Shown here one piece after another: positions 41,281 to 51,646 of a stretch of DNA of 64,000 nucleotides (position 1 is its first letter; the number at the start of each line of letters is the position of its first letter). The position numbers were made by a program, and so were the translations under genes. The notes under the pieces were generated by a model. That model did no database searches. It was not told where the DNA came from and saw only the letters and a list, made by a program, of their open reading frames with translations. The DNA comes from an uncultured Actinomycetota bacterium (lineage in GTDB: Bacteria > Actinomycetota > Actinomycetes > JAHEKZ01). The DNA lies in contig CAWHIJ010000003.1 of the NCBI GenBank assembly GCA_963829525.1, forward strand, positions 288,001-352,000, in the 5' to 3' direction.

Positions 41281-43439
41281 TGTGGTGCTCCTTCGATGGT
41301 GGCGTGTGCCGGGGTGTGCGAGTCGAGGGTGATCGACTCGGGGTTTGGGGCGGTAGCCCGCTCGATGACTGCGTCGACGGCGACCGCGCGGTCGCGGCCG
41401 ACGATGATCGGGTTCACGTCGATGGCGACGACTTCGGGGTGCGCGATGCCGAGGTCAGTCACCGCAACCAGGGCGCGCGCGACGGCGTCAACGTCGAGGG
41501 CTCCCCCGCGTGCCTCGGCCATCATGCGGCCCACGTGGCTGGCGGCGAGCAGCCGATGCGCGCCGTCGAGGTCGAGAGCACCGACGTGAACGCTGACCGA
41601 GTCGAGCATCTCGGCCCAGACACCGCCGAGACCGACGATCGTTGTCGGACCGAACTGCGGGTCGCGCTTGTAGCCGACCACTACGTCCAGCGAGCCGGTG
41701 ATCTGCTCGACGACGAGCAGCTCGACGACGAGCCCAGCGGTTGACGCCGCGCACAACACTTCACGGGCGGCAAGCTGGACGGCGTCGGCACCGACGACGT
41801 TGGTCACGACCAGTCCGAGGTCGCTCTTGTGCAGCAGACCGTCGGCCACCGCCTTGATGACGACGGGACCACCAAAGCCGGCAGCGGCTTTAACGGCCTC
41901 GGCAGCCGTCGTGACGCGCTCCTGGCGTGGCGTCTGGATGCCGCACTCTCCGAGGATCTGCAGGGCGACGTCCTCGGTGAGCTCGACCGTCTCGGTGACA
42001 GCCGCGATGCGTGCGGGGTTCCGCTCGACTGCTGAGGCAGGTGGCGCCCGGTGTGCGAGTGCGCCGAGTGCGCGGAGCGCTCCACGCGCGCCGCGAAGCA
42101 ACGCGATGTCGTTGTCGTGGCAGAACGACGTGAGGCGCGGGTCCGGGTCTTGGCTCGTGGGGCTGAGCAGGACCGGCACGACGTTGCGGTCTCGAGTTGC
42201 GTCCGCGAGGTACCGGGCGAGGTCGAGGCCTAGCTGCCGCTCGTACTCGCCGGCAGTCACCTGCTGGTCCTGCGAGACGATGACGTTGTCGCCGCCTTCT
42301 CGGGCAACGGCGTCGATCGCGAGCGGGTAGACCGCGGTGTAGTCGTCGACACCCCACGGGTCGAGTGGGTTCGCGGTGTGGAACGCCGGCCACCGCTCGG
42401 CAAGCGGAGCAGTCGCAGCGTCGGTGAGGTCGGGCAGCTCGAGGCCCGCGTCCTCGGCGAGGTCGCTGAGCAGGTTCGCTTCTCCACCGGAGTTGGTGAC
42501 GATGTGCGTGCGCGAGCCGAGCACCCTGCGTCCGGTGCCCAGGATCTCACCCATAGTGATGAGCTCGTCGAGGTCGTCGGCGAGCACGACGCCGGCCTGC
42601 TGCAACGCGGCCGCGGTGACGCGCGCGCTCGGTGCGAGCTTTCCGGAGTGCGCGAGGATTCCATCGCGCGCCTTGGCCGACCGGCCAACGAAACAGGCAG
42701 CGACGGTCTTGCCGGCCTCGGCCACTTCGCGTGCTGCCGCAAGAACGTCGGGTGCGTCGACGAAGCCCTCGATGAAGACGAGCACCGCGTTGGTCTCGGG
42801 GTCGCTGGCAAAGAAACGCAGATAGTCGCCCGCGGTGGTGACGGCCTCGGTGCCGCTGCTGACAAGCGTGGAGAACGGGATGCGTCCACCGCAGTTGACG
42901 AAGGCCTCGATCACGGCGCCGCTCTGCGCGATGGCAGCGACGCCCCCGCGTCGCACCTGGCCGGGGACGGTGCCGACGTAGGGCATCGCGCCGGTGACGA
43001 GGTCGACGACCCCCATGCAGTTCGGTCCTACCACCGAGATGCCCGTGACGTTGGAGAGCGTGGCCAGCGATGCGGCGAGGTCGGTCGCGGCGCCGCCGGA
43101 GTCGGTGAAGCCGCCGCCCGGAACGATCACGGCGCCGGCCCCGATCGCGGCTGCCTCCTCGGCGATCGCTTGGACGCGCGCGGTTCCGACGAGAGCGACG
43201 ACCGCGTCCGGTGCGGTGTCGAGGTCAGAGAGAGTGGCAACCGTTGGGACACCGGCAACCTCGGAGTACTTGCCGTTCACCGGGACGATGAGCCCACCGA
43301 AGCGGTGATCGGCGCAGTTGCGCTGCACGATCTGTCCGGCGAACGAGCGTGGGCTTGCGCCGACGACGGCGATCGAGCGCGGGCGCAGGGTGGCTGCGAG
43401 TGCCGCCTGCGTCGGCTGGTGGGTGCGGCTGGCGTCCAT
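41277..43439 (-). CDS. ADP-forming acyl-CoA ligase (ACD superfamily, fused alpha-beta)
   Basis: [19 protein letters not shown], catalytic-His loop AHSGKLA, NSGG, NPLD; ATP-grasp HKSD, RDPQFGP, DVNP. Stop overlaps the lyase start. Confidence 0.9.
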   Translation of the reverse strand: MDASRTHQPTQAALAATLRPRSIAVVGASPRSFAGQIVQRNCADHRFGGLIVPVNGKYSEVAGVPTVATLSDLDTAPDAVVALVGTARVQAIAEEAAAIGAGAVIVPGGGFTDSGGAATDLAASLATLSNVTGISVVGPNCMGVVDLVTGAMPYVGTVPGQVRRGGVAAIAQSGAVIEAFVNCGGRIPFSTLVSSGTEAVTTAGDYLRFFASDPETNAVLVFIEGFVDAPDVLAAAREVAEAGKTVAACFVGRSAKARDGILAHSGKLAPSARVTAAALQQAGVVLADDLDELITMGEILGTGRRVLGSRTHIVTNSGGEANLLSDLAEDAGLELPDLTDAATAPLAERWPAFHTANPLDPWGVDDYTAVYPLAIDAVAREGGDNVIVSQDQQVTAGEYERQLGLDLARYLADATRDRNVVPVLLSPTSQDPDPRLTSFCHDNDIALLRGARGALRALGALAHRAPPASAVERNPARIAAVTETVELTEDVALQILGECGIQTPRQERVTTAAEAVKAAAGFGGPVVIKAVADGLLHKSDLGLVVTNVVGADAVQLAAREVLCAASTAGLVVELLVVEQITGSLDVVVGYKRDPQFGPTTIVGLGGVWAEMLDSVSVHVGALDLDGAHRLLAASHVGRMMAEARGGALDVDAVARALVAVTDLGIAHPEVVAIDVNPIIVGRDRAVAVDAVIERATAPNPESITLDSHTPAHATIEGAPQ

Positions 43440-43476
43440 GTACCAAGCGTCGAGAGTCGGCGAGCTAGCGGCTAGC

Positions 43477-43519
43477 GGCAGAGTGTTCTGACTGAGACCC
43501 GATGACGCGACACTCTGCC
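43477..43519. promoter_or_regulatory. 10-bp inverted repeat in the divergent promoter region
   Basis: GGCAGAGTGT-N23-ACACTCTGCC. Confidence 0.45.
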
Positions 43520-43580
43520 TCTTGGTGCGAGAGTGCCTCTGCAGAAGACTGGTCGTGTTCCCGAGTCTTGGAGTCTCTTG

Positions 43581-44579
43581 ATGTCGAGCATTCCCGCCAC
43601 ATTCGCTGCCTTTGTCGCGGAGAAGGACGGCGACGCCGTCGTCCGCGAGGTACGCCAGATCTCCGTCAACGACCTCGGCGAGGGTGACTCCGTCATTCGC
43701 GTCACGTGGTCGTGCGTCAACTACAAGGACGGCCTCGCCACGTTGGCGAACGGCAAGGTGGCCCGCATCAACCCAATCATCCCCGGCGTCGACATGGCCG
43801 GAGAGATCGTCGAGCCAGGGGACTCCGGGCTCGCGGTCGGCACCGAGGTGATCGCGCACGGGTACGACCTCGGCGTCGCGCACCATGGCGGCTACACCGA
43901 GTGCGCCCGCGTGCCGTCGCAGTGGCTCGTGCCGCTGCCGGACGGGTTGACCGCCAAGCAGGCAATGGCCATTGGCACCGCGGGCTTCACGGCTGCGCTG
44001 TCGGTGCACGCACTCGAGCGCCATGGTCTCAAGCCCGGCACCGGGCCCGTACTGGTGACCGGCGCGACTGGCGGCGTTGGTTCGGTGGCTGTCGGCATCC
44101 TCGCCGACCGCGGGTACGAGGTGGCAGCGTCCACCGGCAAGCCGGACGCCGAAGGGTTCCTGAAGGGGCTCGGCGCCAGCGAGATCGTCAGCCGCGACAA
44201 GACGTCCGGCCCAGGCAAGCCGCTCGAGCGTGAGCGTTGGGCCGGAGCCGTTGACTGCGTCGGTGCTTCAACGCTTCCGTACATCTTGCGCACGTTGAAG
44301 TACGGCGGTGCCGTTGCGGCGTCCGGCAACACCAGTGGCATCGGGCTGGAGACGACGGTCTTCCCGTTCATCCTGCGCGGCATCGCGCTGCTCGGGATCG
44401 ACTCTGTTGCGATGCCGATCGAGGAGCGTCGCGCCGTGTGGCAGCGGATCGCCACTGACCTGCGTCCGCGTAGCCTTGACGACATCGGCTCGCGCGAGGT
44501 GTCGCTCGCCGAGCTGCCGAGCGCGCTCGACGACGTCCTGGCTGGTGCCAACACCGGGCGCACGCTCGTCCGCCTCTGA
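43581..44579 (+). CDS. acuI: YhdH/YhfP-family MDR, acryloyl-CoA reductase-like
   Basis: VNYKDGLA, IPGVDMAG, AMAIGTAGFTAAL, VTGATGGVGS, TVFPFILRGIALLGIDSV. Confidence 0.85.
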   Translation: MSSIPATFAAFVAEKDGDAVVREVRQISVNDLGEGDSVIRVTWSCVNYKDGLATLANGKVARINPIIPGVDMAGEIVEPGDSGLAVGTEVIAHGYDLGVAHHGGYTECARVPSQWLVPLPDGLTAKQAMAIGTAGFTAALSVHALERHGLKPGTGPVLVTGATGGVGSVAVGILADRGYEVAASTGKPDAEGFLKGLGASEIVSRDKTSGPGKPLERERWAGAVDCVGASTLPYILRTLKYGGAVAASGNTSGIGLETTVFPFILRGIALLGIDSVAMPIEERRAVWQRIATDLRPRSLDDIGSREVSLAELPSALDDVLAGANTGRTLVRL

Positions 44580-44761
44580 CGCCAAGGACGCATCGCGCGG
44601 GTCGCTTGAGCCGCATCGCTGTGTTCCGCTGTTCCCCCCAGCCGCGCTGAAGACTTACCGCATTTCTTTTCGCCCGCGGAGAGGGCGTTCAGCTGGGGGT
44701 AACTCTTCAGGGCGGAAATCTCGCTTGCCCTCCTGTCGGGGGATCCGGTTAGGGTCGCCTA

Positions 44762-45604
44762 ATGACTCCCCCCACGGAATCTTCTGCCCCTGCTCCCACC
44801 CACGGCGTCCCGGCCATCTCCGCGCGCGGCCTCGTCAAGACCTTCACCGGTCGCTCCGGCACGGTCGAGGCGGTGCGCGGTGTCGACCTGACCGTGCAGC
44901 CGGGTGAGGTGTTCGGCTTCCTCGGCCCCAACGGCGCTGGCAAGTCGACGACCGTCCGGATGCTCACGACCCTGACCGGAATCACCGGTGGGTCTGCCTC
45001 GGTGGCCGGTGTCGACGTCGCCTCCGACCCCGATGGCGTCCGGCACAAGATCGGTGTCGCCTTGCAAGAGGCTGGCCTCGACATGCGCCAGACCGGTCGC
45101 GAGTTGGTCGTATTGCAGGCCAGGCTCTTCGGCCTCTCGCGCGCTGATGCCGGAAAGCGCGCAGAAGAGCTGCTCGAGCTCGTCGAGCTCAGCGACGCGG
45201 CCGACCGTTTGATCAAGGGCTACTCCGGCGGCATGAAGCGACGCCTCGACCTCGCGTCAGCGCTGGTGCACCGGCCCGACGTCCTCTTCCTGGACGAGCC
45301 AACGACAGGCCTTGACCCGTCGAGCCGGCTCGTGGTCTGGGACGAGGTGCGGCGCATCAACGCGAAAGGCACCACTGTGTTCTTGACGACCCAGTACCTC
45401 GAAGAGGCCGACCAGCTCTGTGAGCGGTTGGCCATCATCGACGACGGAAAGATCGTGACCGAGGGCACGCCCGCCAGCCTCAAGGCTGAGCTGAAGGCTC
45501 GTCGCGGTCTGGAGGCCGACCCGACCCTCGACGACGTATTCCTCGACGTCACCGGTCGCCGGCGAGAACGCGGCGCCGGCGAGGTCAGCGAGGTGGCGTC
45601 ATGA
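44762..45604 (+). CDS. ABC-2 exporter ATP-binding protein (DrrA-like)
   Basis: GPNGAGKST, YSGGMKRR, LDEPTTGLDP, TTQYLEEAD. Confidence 0.92.
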   Translation: MTPPTESSAPAPTHGVPAISARGLVKTFTGRSGTVEAVRGVDLTVQPGEVFGFLGPNGAGKSTTVRMLTTLTGITGGSASVAGVDVASDPDGVRHKIGVALQEAGLDMRQTGRELVVLQARLFGLSRADAGKRAEELLELVELSDAADRLIKGYSGGMKRRLDLASALVHRPDVLFLDEPTTGLDPSSRLVVWDEVRRINAKGTTVFLTTQYLEEADQLCERLAIIDDGKIVTEGTPASLKAELKARRGLEADPTLDDVFLDVTGRRRERGAGEVSEVAS

Positions 45605-46356
45605 GAACTGTTCTCGTCCTCGGAGAGCGTGCCGTCCGCGAAGCCAAGCGGACGCCGGACGCGCTGCTGCCGACGCTGCTCATCCCGATCTTCTTCCTCA
45701 TCGTCAATACCGGCCAAGCGGCGAAGATCTTTCCAACCGGCAGCACTCCCTGGCTGGAAGGACAGAGCTACGCGGCCTTTCAGTTGCCAGCAACGCTGTT
45801 GTTGGCGGCTTCGTTCGGTACTGCGGCCCTCTACCTGGTGGAAGAGATCGAGAACGGCTACTTCGACAAGCTGCGCGCAACGCCGATTTCGCGAGGGTCG
45901 TTGGCGCTGGGGCGGCTCTCGGCCGAGGCGCTGAAGTCCACGCTGATGACGATCGTGATCCTCGCGATCGCCTTTCCGTTCGGGATCCGCATTGCCAGCG
46001 GCGTGGTCGGGGTGGTGCTGCTGATCCTGCTGACTGCCGGTTGGGCCGTTGGTTACTCCGGCTTCCTGCAGTTCGTGGCGCTGAAGACCCGCAACGCCGC
46101 CGCCACCAACTCCGCGGGGCTGATCTTCTTCCCGCTGCTCTTCCTGACACCGAACTTCGTCCCACGTGGGTTGCTTGCGCGGCCAATGGAGATTGCAGCG
46201 ACGTTCAACCCCGTCACCTATGTGATGGAGGCGTTGCGTTCGCTGATCCTGGTCGACCTCGACTGGGCCGTGATCGGTGTGGGATTCCTGGTCACTGGGG
46301 GCTTTGTGGCGCTGACCCTGTGGATGAACATCCGGACGATGGCGAAGTACGACTGA
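45601..46356 (+). CDS. ABC-2 exporter permease
   Basis: About 6 TM; GYFDKLRATP, NPVTYVMEALR. Confidence 0.9.
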   Translation: MRTVLVLGERAVREAKRTPDALLPTLLIPIFFLIVNTGQAAKIFPTGSTPWLEGQSYAAFQLPATLLLAASFGTAALYLVEEIENGYFDKLRATPISRGSLALGRLSAEALKSTLMTIVILAIAFPFGIRIASGVVGVVLLILLTAGWAVGYSGFLQFVALKTRNAAATNSAGLIFFPLLFLTPNFVPRGLLARPMEIAATFNPVTYVMEALRSLILVDLDWAVIGVGFLVTGGFVALTLWMNIRTMAKYD

Positions 46357-46527
46357 CAGTTCGGGGGTCGCGGTGCGCCTACACGCTCAGGCAGCCGGGC
46401 GCGGAAGGCCTGGTCAGCCACAACTGATGTCTGGCTAAGACCGTCTTATGAAACCGCTGTTCCACAGGGTGGATCCTCTGCGTTTGGAGCGTGGTATTTC
46501 GACGTCAAGAGGCTTACCCTCGGAGAA

Positions 46528-47052
46528 ATGACTGAACGGTCGCTCAGTGAAATGCCGGGCGGCGCGTCTTACGACGCCGCCGACCCCGATGCCGCGCGCG
46601 TACGGGCGATCGCGGTGGCCCGCAGCGGCGAGCTCGGGCCGCTGATGGAGATCCTGCACGACATCCAGCACACCGTCGGTTACCTGCCTGCGAGCACGGT
46701 GCCTGTGCTCGCGGATGTCCTTAACCTCAGCCGCGCCGAGGTCCACGGCGTCGTGTCGTTCTACTCCGACTTCCGTACCAGCCCTCCCGCTGCCACCACT
46801 GTTGCCATCTGCCGTGGCGAGGCGTGCCAGGCGGTGGGCGCCGAAGCCCTTGTGGACCATGCGAAGACCAAGCTTGGGGTCGGTGTCGGCGAGCAGAGTG
46901 CCGATGGCTCGGTCGGTCTCGAGCAGATCTTCTGCTTCGGCAACTGTGCGCTGGGACCGACCGCCACCGTCGCTGGTCGGCTCCGCGGCAGGCTCACCCC
47001 AGCCTCGCTCGACGCGCTCATCGATGAGGCAACGCCAGGAGCACACCAGTGA
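46528..47052 (+). CDS. fdsG: NAD-dependent formate dehydrogenase gamma subunit (NuoE-like)
   Basis: LNLSRAEVHGVVSFY, CRGEAC, CFGNC. Confidence 0.88.
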   Translation: MTERSLSEMPGGASYDAADPDAARVRAIAVARSGELGPLMEILHDIQHTVGYLPASTVPVLADVLNLSRAEVHGVVSFYSDFRTSPPAATTVAICRGEACQAVGAEALVDHAKTKLGVGVGEQSADGSVGLEQIFCFGNCALGPTATVAGRLRGRLTPASLDALIDEATPGAHQ

Positions 47053-48602
47053 CCGTCACCGTCTACGTCCCTCGCGACTCCTCGGCGCGTGCTGTCGGCG
47101 CCGACGAGGTCGCCGTTGCCCTGACGGCTGAGGCGGCCAGACGCGGTGACGACATCTGCATCGTGCGAAACGGGTCACGCGGCATGCTCTGGCTCGAACC
47201 GTTCGTCGAGGTTGACGTCGACGGCACTCGCATCGGTTACGGTCCGGTCCAAGCGGCCGACGTCGCTGACTTGCTGGACGCGGGGCTGCTCACAGGTGGT
47301 GACCATGCGCTGAAGCACGGGGTGGTTGACGAGCTCTCCTGGCTTTCCCGCCAGGACCGCCTCATGTATGCGCGGATGGGCGTCATCGACCCGATCGACC
47401 TCAGCGACTACCAGGCGCACGGCGGGCTTGTTGGCCTTCGCAAGGCCGTTGCGATGGCGCCGCAAGACGTCGTTGACGTGGTCACGGCGTCCGGGCTTCG
47501 CGGCCGTGGTGGCGCCGGCTTCCCGGCTGGCCGCAAGTGGCAGACCGTACTCGGCGCACCGGGCGACACCAAGTACATCTGCTGTAACGCCGACGAGGGC
47601 GACAGCGGCACGTACGCCGACCGCATGCTCATGGAGGGTGACCCGTTCACCCTTCTCGAAGGCATGACGATCGCCGGACTCGCCGTTGGCGCAACACAGG
47701 GCTACATCTACCTGCGTTCGGAGTACCCGGACGCTCGCGACATCCTCAACGCCGCGATCGAAGCCGCACGAGAGTTTGGCTGGCTCGGCGCCGACGTCCT
47801 CGGCAGTGGGCGAGCCTTCGACATCAAGGTCCGTATGGGCGCCGGTGCCTACATCTGCGGCGAAGAGACGTCGATGCTCGACAGCCTCGAGGGCAAGCGC
47901 GGCATGGTGCGCGCCAAGCCGCCGCTGCCGGCACTCGAAGGCCTCTTCGGCAAGCCAACAGTCGTCAACAACGTACTCACCCTGGGCAGCGTCCCGTTCG
48001 TGCTGGCCGAGGGTGCGGACGCGTATGCGTCCCGCGGGCTTGACCGCTCGCTCGGTACGCAGGTCTTCCAGCTCGCCGGCAACATCAAGCAGGGCGGCGT
48101 CGTCGAGCTCGGGTTCGGCGTGACGCTGCGCGAGCTGGTTGAAGACTTCGGTGGCGGCACCGCGTCCGGGCGCCCTATCCGCGCGATCCAGGTGGGTGGC
48201 CCGCTCGGCTCCTACCTGACTGCCGACCAGCTCGACCTGCCGCTCGAGTACGAAACCTTCGCTGCGGCCGGCGCCATGGTGGGCCACGGCGGAATCGTGG
48301 TGCACGATGACACGGTGGACATGGCGCAGATGGCGCGGTTCGCCATGGAGTTCTGCTCCGAAGAGTCGTGCGGCAAGTGCACGCCCTGTCGCGTGGGTTC
48401 GACGCGAGGTGTCGAGGTCATCGACAAGATAACCGCTGGCGACGACCGCACCGGCAACCTCACGCTGCTGCTCGACCTCTGCGACGTCATGACCGACGGC
48501 TCGCTCTGCGCGATGGGCGGACTCACCCCAATGCCCGTTCGCAGCGCACTCACCAAGTTCCCCGAAGACTTTGGCCTGACGGCTCAGGAGGTCACCCCAT
48601 GA
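47049..48602 (+). CDS. fdsB: Formate dehydrogenase beta subunit (NuoF-like)
   Basis: RNGSRGMLWLEP, GLRGRGGAGFP, NADEGD, YICGEET, SCGKCTPCR. Confidence 0.92.
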   Translation: MTVTVYVPRDSSARAVGADEVAVALTAEAARRGDDICIVRNGSRGMLWLEPFVEVDVDGTRIGYGPVQAADVADLLDAGLLTGGDHALKHGVVDELSWLSRQDRLMYARMGVIDPIDLSDYQAHGGLVGLRKAVAMAPQDVVDVVTASGLRGRGGAGFPAGRKWQTVLGAPGDTKYICCNADEGDSGTYADRMLMEGDPFTLLEGMTIAGLAVGATQGYIYLRSEYPDARDILNAAIEAAREFGWLGADVLGSGRAFDIKVRMGAGAYICGEETSMLDSLEGKRGMVRAKPPLPALEGLFGKPTVVNNVLTLGSVPFVLAEGADAYASRGLDRSLGTQVFQLAGNIKQGGVVELGFGVTLRELVEDFGGGTASGRPIRAIQVGGPLGSYLTADQLDLPLEYETFAAAGAMVGHGGIVVHDDTVDMAQMARFAMEFCSEESCGKCTPCRVGSTRGVEVIDKITAGDDRTGNLTLLLDLCDVMTDGSLCAMGGLTPMPVRSALTKFPEDFGLTAQEVTP

Positions 48603-51404
48603 CACTGCTTCACGAGCCTGTCGGACGCGTGCTGTCTGACATGGGCACGCCCGAAGTTCCGGGTGAGTCAACCATCGAGGTTGAGATCGACGGCGTCGCT
48701 GTCACCGTGCCCGAGGGCACCTCGATCATGCGGGCCGCCGCTGAGGCTGGCATCGACGTCCCCAAGCTCTGCGCCACTGACACGTTGAAGTCGTTCGGCT
48801 CGTGCCGGGTCTGCCTGGTCGAGATCGAAGGACGCCCGGGCACGCCTGCGTCCTGCACAACGCCCGTTGCTCCTGGCATGAAGGTCGCAACGAGCACACC
48901 GAAGGTCGACAAGCTGCGCCAAAGCGTCGTTGAGCTCTACCTCTCCGACCACCCTGCTGACACTTGCGTCGAGGGTGCCTGCGAGCTGCACGCGATGGCA
49001 GAGACCGTCGGGCTCACCGACGTCCGGTATGGCCAGGAGGGCCACAACCACCTCGACATCGAGGTGGATGCCTCCAACCCCTACTTCACCTTCGACCCGA
49101 AGGCGTGCATCGTCTGCTCCCGTTGTGTGCGTGCGTGCGACGAGGTGCAGGGCACCTTGGCGCTCACGGTTGAGGGACGTGGCTTCGAGTCGCTGATCTC
49201 GGCGTCCGGCACGTCATTCATGGAGTCGGAGTGCGTCTCCTGCGGTGCCTGCGTTCAGGCCTGCCCGACGACTGCACTTCAGGAGAAGAGCATCATCGAG
49301 CTCGGTATGCCGACGCGAACGGTGAAGACCACCTGCGCCTATTGCGGAGTCGGTTGCTCGTTTGACGCTGAGATGCGTGGCGACGAGCTGGTGCGCATGA
49401 CGCCATCGAAAGAGGGCGGCGCTAACGAGGGTCACTCCTGCGTCAAGGGTCGCTTCGCGTGGGGCTACGCAACTCACCGCGAGCGCGTCACCGTCCCCAT
49501 GGTGCGCGAGTCGATCACCGACGATTGGCGTGAGGTGTCGTGGGACGAGGCGATCAGCTTCACCGCTCAGCGCTTCACGGCACTGCAGCAGAAGTACGGT
49601 GCGGACTCTATCGGTGGGATCACATCGTCGCGCTGCACGAACGAAGAGGTCTTCGTCGTGCAAAAGATGGTGCGGGCTGCGTTCGGCAACAACAACGTCG
49701 ATACGTGTGCGCGGGTCTGTCACTCCCCCACTGGGTATGGCCTGAAGCAGACGTTTGGAACCTCGGCGGGAACTCAAGACTTCAAGTCGGTGGAACAGGC
49801 CGACATGATTCTGCTGATCGGCGCCAACCCCACCGACGCGCACCCGGTCTTCGGCTCTCGCATGAAGAAGAGGTTGCGCGAAGGGGCCCAACTCGTCGTG
49901 GTTGACCCGCGCCGCATCGATCTCGTGCGGACGCCGCACGTCGAAGCTGAACACCACCTGCAGCTGCGTCCAGGAACCAACGTTGCGGTCGTCAATGCAT
50001 TTGCGCACGTCGTCGTCACCGAGGGGCTCGTCGACCGCGAGTTTGTGGCCGCCCGCTGCGAGGACGACTCGTTCGCGTCGTGGGAGGCGTTCATCGCCCA
50101 GCCGGAGAACAGTCCGGAGGCGACCGAGTCAGCCACCGGCGTTCCCGCGTCAGAGATCCGCGAGGCCGCCCGGCTCTATGCGAAAGCGCCAAACGCAGCG
50201 ATCTACTACGGACTGGGTGTCACCGAGCACAGCCAAGGTTCGACGATGGTCATGGGCATGGCCAACCTTGCGATGGCCACGGGCAACATCGGTCGCGACG
50301 GCGTTGGCGTCAACCCACTGCGCGGGCAGAACAACGTGCAAGGTTCGTGCGACATGGGTTCGTTCCCCCACGAGTTCAGCGGCTACCGGCACGTCTCCGA
50401 CGACACCGTTCGCGTGCTCTTCGAGGACGTGTGGGGCCGGGAGATGCGCGCCGAACCAGGGCTTCGCATCCCGAACATGTTCGATGCCGCGGTCGCTGGA
50501 ACGTTCCGGGGCCTCTTCGTCCAGGGCGAGGACGTTGCGCAGTCCGATCCGAACATCACGCATGTCACTGCTGCCCTGACGGCACTCGACACGTTGGTCG
50601 TTCAGGACCTCTTCCTCAACGAGACGGCGAAGTTCGCCCACGTATTCTTGCCGGGAACGTCGTTCCTCGAGAAGGACGGCACCTTCACCAACGCCGAGCG
50701 TCGGATCAACCGGGTACGCCCAGTGATGGAGCCGAAGACCGGCAAGCAGGAGTGGCAGGTGGCCTGCGACATCTCCGCCGCAATGGGCTACTCGATGCAC
50801 TACGACGATGCCTCGCAGATCATGGACGAGATCGCCCGCGTCACACCAACGTTCGCCGGCGTCTCGTTCGCGCACCTAGATGCCGTTGGCAGCCTGCAGT
50901 GGCCGTGCAACGACGCCGCGCCAGAGGGTACGCCGATCATGCACGTCGACGGCTTCGTCCGGGGCAAAGGACACTTCGTGCAGACGCCGTACGTCCCCAC
51001 CGACGAGAAGACGAACCGCAAGTTCCCACTCATCCTGACGACCGGCCGCATCCTGTCGCAGTACAACGTCGGTGCGCAGACGCGTCGAACTTCCAACGTC
51101 GAGTGGCACCCCGAGGACCTGCTCGAGATGCACGAGGCCGACGCCGCCGAGCGCGGGATCAGCGAAGGTGACTGGGTTGCCCTCAACAGTCGGGTTGGTG
51201 AGACGCACATGCGCGCGCACATCACCGATCGTGTGCCACAGGGTGTCGTCTACACAACGTTCCACCACCCCGAGAGCGGGGCGAACGTCGTCACCACCGA
51301 GCACTCCGACTGGGCGACGAACTGCCCCGAGTACAAGGTGACCGCGGTGCAGATCCGTCCGGCGAACGCTGCTGATCCCAGCGCGGGCCGGTGCCGGAGT
51401 ATGA
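48599..51404 (+). CDS. fdsA: Formate dehydrogenase alpha subunit (Mo-bisPGD, Cys ligand)
   Basis: 2Fe-2S and 4Fe-4S Cys motifs, CAYCGVGC, CARVCH, PLRGQNNVQG, CPEYKVTAV. Reads through into fdsD as given; removing one G at 51385-51387 restores a TGA at 51402-51404. Confidence 0.93.
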
Positions 51405-51613
51405 GCAACACCGACCTCGTGCGGATGGTCAACCAGATCGCCATCAATCAGGGTCATCTGCCCGAAGATGAGGCGGCGGCGCTGGTGGCACAGCACCTGA
51501 AGATGTTCTGGGCGCCGGCCATGCAGCGTGACCTGTTCGCTGCCGTCGATGCAGGTGAAGCAGACCTCAACGAGGTTGCGCTGCGCGCGGTGCGGCAGCT
51601 TCAGCCAGCCTGA
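51401..51613 (+). CDS. fdsD: Formate dehydrogenase delta subunit
   Basis: LVRMVNQIA, VAQHLKMFWAPAMQ signature. Confidence 0.85.
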   Translation: MSNTDLVRMVNQIAINQGHLPEDEAAALVAQHLKMFWAPAMQRDLFAAVDAGEADLNEVALRAVRQLQPA

Positions 51614-51646
51614 TCCGTTCGACGCCCGCGTAGCAGTTGAACGAGC

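Noticed and set aside
43440-44024. N-terminal extension of the 915-aa ligase ORF overlapping acuI
   Set aside because: It is the antisense shadow of acuI; family similarity begins after the ATG at 43439.
15596-48671. Long antisense ORFs (e.g. 15596..17197, 30528..31925, 36607..37905, 47175..48671)
   Set aside because: Shadow ORFs expected opposite real genes in high-GC DNA; no recognisable motifs.
48599-51404. Selenocysteine recoding in formate dehydrogenase
   Set aside because: The active-site motif is CARVCH with Cys codons and no in-frame TGA.
48599-51613. Apparent FdsA-FdsD fusion protein (1081-aa ORF)
   Set aside because: Removing one G at 51385-51387 gives ...GCC GGT GCC GGA GTA TGA with a normal ATGA overlap; neighbouring fdhD is also frameshifted, so an error is more likely than a novel fusion.
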